Shown: one piece after another, positions 58,661-64,000 of the stretch
Position numbering within the stretch: position 1 is the first letter of the stretch
Layout of the letters: each line of letters opens with the position of its first letter
Assembly (NCBI GenBank): GCA_030390025.1
Contig: CM059432.1
Span: 121,956,001-122,020,000, forward strand
From: Squalus acanthias
Lineage: Eukaryota
Length of the DNA stretch: 64,000 bases
Direction: 5' to 3'
Notes under the pieces: generated by a model
What the model saw: the letters and a program-made list of their open reading frames with translations, nothing else
What the model was told of the DNA's origin: nothing
Database searches by the model: none
Translations under genes and position numbers: made by a program

Positions 58661-59094
58661 TCAGCCTAGAAGCATTGACATGATGTGTTTGGGATCAAAC
58701 TCAGTTAAACCCATGGTAAGACATGATAAAATATTCCATCCCATTCTCCAACTCAATATAAAAGCAACTGCAAATATGAAAGCAAGTTCCAATTGCAGAT
58801 CATTGGTGCTGGCTTTTGACTCCTGTGTCTTGCCGGCAAACCTTCCAATTGCACTCCTGGAGCAGTAAAGTCCAGTGATTTTCCAACAACGTCGAGGAGT
58901 CAGGCACTGGCACAGGTGATCAGCATCATCTCCAGATGACGTGCAAGATCTGCAGGCAATGGAAGTGAATGTGAAAATGAATAAGGTAGAAAGTGAACAT
59001 GAGAAACAGATTGAAGATGGAAAACCCCTGCAAGTCAGCAAGGGCAATTCTGAGGGAGGGTAAGAGGGGTAGGAGTTGGGTAAAGGGGTAAGGC

Positions 59095-59600
59095 ACTAGT
59101 CAGGAGTGTGATGGAATGCTCTCCACTTGTCTGGATGAGTGTAGCTCCAACAGTACTCAAGAAGCTCGACACCATCCAGGGCGAAGCAGTCTGCTTCATT
59201 AACACCCCACCCATCAACTTAAACATCCACCGTGGCTACAGTGTGCACTATCTACAAGATGTACTGCAGCAACTCGCCAAGTCTTCTTTGACAGCACCTC
59301 CCAAACCTTCGACCTCCACTGCCTAGAAGGACAAGGGCAGCAGGTGCATGGGAACACCTCCAAGTTCCCCTCAAAGTAAAACACACCACCCTGACTTGGA
59401 CCTATATCAGCATTACTTCATAGTCACTGGGTCAAAATTCTGGAGCTCCCTACCTAACAGCATTGTGGGAAAACCTTCACCACATGGATGGCAGCAGTGC
59501 AACAAGAAGGTCTACCATCATCTTCTCAGGGCAATTAGCGATGGACAATAAATGCCGGCCTTGCCAGCAATGCCAATATCCCAAGAATGAATTTAAAAAA
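59095..59600 (+). mobile_element. 3' fragment of the same LINE family
   Basis: MECSPLVWMSVAPTVLKKLDTIQ; A-rich end. Confidence 0.8.
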
Positions 59601-59610
59601 TGTTTTAATA

Positions 59611-62600
59611 AAGAGCGCCGAGAGTGGGAGCAGCGGCTCAAAGAGAGCCGAGAGCGGGAGCAGCGGTATAAAGAGCGCCGAGAGCAGGAGCAGCGGCACA
59701 AAGAGCGCCGAGAGCGGGAGCAGCGGTATAAAGAGCGCCGAGAGCGGGAGCAGCGGTATAAAGAGCGCCGAGAGCGGGAGCAGCGGTATAAAGAGCGCCG
59801 AGAGCGGGAGCAGCGACACAAAGAGCGCCGAGAGCGGAAGCAGCGGTATAAAGAGCGCCGAGAGTGGGAGCAGCGGTATAAAGAGCGCCGAGAGCGGGAG
59901 CAGCGGCACAAAGAGCGCGGAGAGCGGGAGCAGCGGTATAAAGAGCGCCGAGAGCGGGAGCAGCAGTATAAAGAGCGCCGAGAGCAGCAGCAGCGGTATA
60001 AAGAGCGGCGAGAGCGGGTGCAGCGGTATAAAGAGCGCCGAGAGCAGGAGCAGCGGTATAAAGAGCACCGAGAGTGGGAGCAGTGGTATAAAGAGCGCCG
60101 AGAGCAGGAGCAGCGGCACAAAGAGCGCCGAGAGCGGGAGCAGCGGTATAAAGAGCGCCGAGAGCGGGAGCAGCAGTATAAAGAGCGCCGAGAGCAGGAG
60201 CAGCGGAATAAAGAGCGCCGAGAGCAGGAGCAGCGGTATAAAGAGCGGCGAGAGCGGGAGCAGCAGTATAAAGAGCGCCGAGAGCGGGAGCAGCGGCACA
60301 AAGAGCGCCGAGAGTGGGAGCAGCGGCACAAAGAGCGCCGAGAGCGGGAGCAGTGGACTAAAGAGTGCCGAGAGCGGGAGCAGTGGACTAAAGAGTGCCG
60401 AGAGTGGGAGCAGCGGCACGAAGAGCGCCGAGAGTGGGAGCAGCGGTATAAAGAGCGCCGAGAGCGGGAGCAGCGGTATAAAGAGCGCCGAGAGCGGGAG
60501 CAGCGGTATAAAGAGCGCCGAGAGCGGGAGCAGCAGTATAAAGAGCGCCGAGAGCGGGAGCAGCGGTATAAAGAGCGCCGAGAGCGGGAGCAGCGGTATA
60601 AAGAGCGCCGAGAGTGGGAGCAGCAGTATAAAGAGCGCCGAGAGCGGGAGCAGCGGTATAAAGAGCGCCGAGAACGGGAGCAGCGGTATAAAGAGCGCCG
60701 AGAGCGGGAGGAGCGGTATAAAGAGCGCCGAGAGCGGGAGGAGCGGTATAAGAGCGCCGAGAGTGGGAGCAGCGGTATAAAGAGTGCCGAGAGCGGAAGC
60801 AGTGGCACAAAGAGCGCCGAGAGCGGGAGCAGAGGTATAAAGAGCGCCGAGAGTGGGAGCAGTGGTATAAAGAGCGCCGAGAGTGGGAGCAGCGGCACAA
60901 AGAGCGCCGAGAGCGGGAGCAGCGGTATAAAGAGCGCCGAGTGCGGAAGCAGTGGCACAAAGAGCGCCGAGAGCGGGAGCAGAGGTATAAAGAGCGCCGA
61001 GAGTGGGAGCAGTGGTATAAAGAGCGCCGAGAGAGGGAGCAGCGGCACAAAGAGCGCCGAGAGCGGGAGCAGCGGTATAAAGAGCGCCAAGAGCGGGAGC
61101 AGCGGTATAAAGAGCGCCGAGAGCGGGAGCAGCGGTACAAAGAGCGCCGAGAGCGGGAGCAGCGGTATAAAGAGCGCCGAGAGCGGGAGCAGCAGCACAA
61201 AGAGCGCCGAGAGCGGGAGGAGCGGTATAAAGAGCGCCGAGAGCGGGAGGAGCGGTATAAAGAGCACTGAGAGCAGGAGCAGCGGTATAAAGAGCACCGA
61301 GAGCAGGAGCAGCAGTATAAAGAGTGCCGAGAGCGGGAGCAGCGGTACAAAGAGCGCCGAGAGCGGGAGCAGCGGTACAAAGAGCGCCGAGAGCGGGAGC
61401 AGCAGTATAAAGAGCGCCGAGAGTGGGAGCAGCGGTATAAAGAGCGCCGAGAGCGGGAGCAGCGGAATAAAGAGCGCCGAGAGCAGGAGCAGCGGTATAA
61501 AGAGCGCCGAGAGTGGGAGAAGCGGCACAAAGAGCGCCGAGAGCGGGAGCAGTGGACTAAAGAGTGCCGAGAGCGGGAGCAGTGGACTAAAGAGTGCCGA
61601 GAGTGGGAGCAGCGGCACGAAGAGCGCCGAGAGCGGGAGCAGCGATATAAAGAGCGCCGAGAGCGGGAGCAGCAGCACAAAGAGCACCGAGAGTGGGAGC
61701 AGCGGCACAAAGAGCGCCGAGAGCGGGAGCAGCGGTATAAAGAGCAACGACAGAGGAAGCAGCGGCACAAAGAGCGCCGAGAGTGGGAGGAGCGTCACAA
61801 AGAGCGCCGAGAGCGGGAGCAGCGTCACAAAGAGCGCCGAGAGCGGGAGGAGCGGTATAATGAGCGCCGAGAGCGGGAGCAGTGGTATAAAGAGCGCCGA
61901 GAGCGGGAGCAGCGGTATAAAGAGCGCCGAGAGCGGGAGCAGTGGTATAAAGAGCGCCGAGAGTGGGAGCAGTGGTATAAAGAGCGCCGAGAGCGGAAGC
62001 AGTGGCACAAAGAGCGCCGAGAGCGGGAGCAGTGGACTAAAGAGTGCAGAGAGCGGGAGCAGTGGACTAAAGAGTGCCGAGAGTGGGAGCAGCGGTATAA
62101 AGAGCGCCGAGAGCGGGAGCAGCGGAATAAAGAGCGCCGAGAGCAGGAGCAGCGGTATAAAGAGCGCCGAGAGTGGGAGAAGCGGCACAAAGAGCGCCGA
62201 GAGCGGGAGCAGTGGAATAAAGAGCGCCGAGAGCGGGAGCAGAGGTATAAAGAGCGCCGAGAGTGGGAGCAGCGGCACAAAGAGCGCCGAGAGCAGGAGC
62301 AGCGGCACAAAGAGCGCCGAGAGTGGGAGCAGCTGTACAAAGAGCGCCGAGAGCGGGAGCAGCGGCTCAAAGGGCGCCGAGAGTGGGAGCAGCGGTACAA
62401 AGAGCACCGAGAGCGGGAACAGCGGAAAAAAGAGCGCCGAGAGCGGGAGCAGCAGTACAAAGAGCGCCGAGAGCGGGAGCAGCGGTACAAAGAGCGCCGA
62501 GAGCGGGAACAGCGGAATAAAGAGCGCCGAGAGCGGGAGCAGCGGTATAAAGAGCGCCGAGAGCGGGAGCAGCAGTATAAAGAGCGCCGAGAGCGGGAGC

Positions 62601-63291
62601 AGCGGTACAAAGAGCGCCGAGAGCGGGAGCAGCGGTATAAAGAGCGCCGAGAGCGGGAACAGCAGAATAAAGAGCGCCGAGAGCGGGAGCAGCGGTATAA
62701 AGAGCGCCGAGAGCGGGAGCAGCAGTATAAAGAGCGCCGAGAGTGGGAGCAGCGGTATAAAGAGCGCCGAGAGCGGGAGCAGCAGTATAAAGAGCGGCGA
62801 GAGTGGGAGCAGCGGTATAAAGAGCGCCGAGAGCGGGAGCAGCGGTACAAAGAGCGCCGAGAGCGGGAGCAGCGGTATAAAGAGCGCCGAGAGCGGGAGG
62901 AGCAGTATAAAGAGCGCTGAGAGCGGGAGCAGTGAAACAAAGAGCGCCGAGAGCGGGAGCAGCGACACAAAGAGCGGCGAGAGCGGGCGCAGCGGTATAA
63001 AGAGCGCCGAGAGCGGGAACAGCAGAATAAAGAGCGCCGAGAGCGGGAGCAGCGGTATAAAGAGCGCCGAGAGCGGGAGCAGCAGTATAAAGAGCGCCGA
63101 GAGTGGGAGCAGCGGTATAAAGAGCGCCGAGAGCGGGAGCAGCAGTATAAAGAGCGGCGAGAGTGGGAGCAGCGGTATAAAGAGCGCCGAGAGCGGGAGC
63201 AGCGGTACAAAGAGCGCCGAGAGCGGGAGCAGCGGTATAAAGAGCGCGGAGAGCGGGAGCAGCGACACAAAGAGCGCCGAGAGTGGAAGCA
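59611..63291. repeat. 30-bp minisatellite, about 122 copies
   Basis: Unit AAGAGCGCCGAGAGCGGGAGCAGCGGTATA; one 1-bp deletion near 60751. Confidence 0.98.
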
Positions 63292-64000
63292 GCGCCGGAA
63301 GGAGCCGACCTGGTGAGAGCGGCAGCAACTCGACAGAGGCAGTTTTTGGAAAAAGTGACGTCAGAGTAAAAAAAATGACGTCAGCACAAGGGAAGGAGCT
63401 GATTGGTGAGTAGCTGGTGAGTGTATTTTTTTAAGTTTATAAGTTTATTTCTGCTAAGTTAGTTAATAGCCTATTAAATAGAGGGAAAGAGCTTATTGAT
63501 GAGTAGCTGGGGAGTGTTTTTTGTTAAGTTTTAAGTTTATTTCTGCTGGGTTAGTTCTTAGTCTATTAAATAGAGGCATGACAGGGCAGCTCAGTCCTGT
63601 GGAGTGCACATCCTGTGCCATGTGGGAAGTCCTGGACACTTGGCGTAGCCTGGAGGACCACATGTGCGGGAAGTGTCGCCAGCTACAACGACTCGAGCTC
63701 TGGGTTTCGGAGCTTGAGTGGCGGCTGGAGTCACTGCGGTGCATCCGGGAGGCTGAGAGTTACGTGGATAGCATGTTTCTAGAGGGGGCCACCCTGCAGC
63801 TTAAGAGTGTGCAGGCAGAGAGGGAATGGGTGACCACCAGACAGACAAGGAGGGCCAGGCAGGTAGTGCAGGAGTCCCCGGAGTGCATCGCGCTCTCCAA
63901 CCAGTATTCTGTTCTGAGTACTGGTGAGGGCAATGGTTCCTCTGGGGACTGCAGCCAGAGTCAAGTCCACGGCACCACGGATGGTTCAGCTGCATAGGGG
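63292..64000 (+). mobile_element. CR1 5' UTR and ORF1 N-terminus (zinc finger/leucine zipper)
   Basis: MTGQLSPVECTSCAMWE…HMCGKCRQLQRLELWVSELEWRL from 63578; two TGACGTCA motifs and an imperfect about 90-bp duplication in the UTR. Confidence 0.85.

Noticed and set aside
59611..63291. CRISPR-like regular array
   Set aside because: Head-to-tail repeats with no unique spacers, no cas genes, eukaryotic context; same applies to 26675-26960
59463..63413. 1316-aa and 1283-aa ORFs (KSAESGSSGI / LLPLSALFIP / ERREREQRYK repeats)
   Set aside because: Artefact of a stop-poor 30-bp repeat open in several frames on both strands; a 1-bp deletion switches the peptide mid-array

Overview
Eukaryotic, repeat-saturated vertebrate DNA. 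An HE1/V-SINE-like element, Deu-domain SINEs, CR1, L2, RTE, Penelope-like and PIF/Harbinger families together suggest a cartilaginous fish (inference). No host protein-coding gene could be identified with confidence. The centrepiece is a young, apparently intact 12,794-bp provirus (32060-44853) inserted into a CR1 LINE. It has a 4-bp ACCT target-site duplication, 1,674-bp LTRs differing at about 3 positions, and a tRNA-Arg PBS. gag and pol are in frame and separated only by a UGA-CUAG readthrough-type stop. Pol reads PR-RT(YVDD)-degenerate RNase H-second RNase H-IN plus a long tail. Env looks like a paramyxo/pneumovirus F-type fusion protein and carries an N-terminal immunoglobulin-like domain, which fits a lokiretrovirus-like or other basal retrovirus. 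A diverged solo LTR of a related family (9726-12571) shares a covarying hairpin with it. The rest is a decayed Gypsy LTR element, nested LINE/SINE/MITE insertions, two Penelope hammerhead-ribozyme motifs, several Harbinger remnants and a 3.7-kb 30-bp minisatellite in front of a CR1 ORF1.
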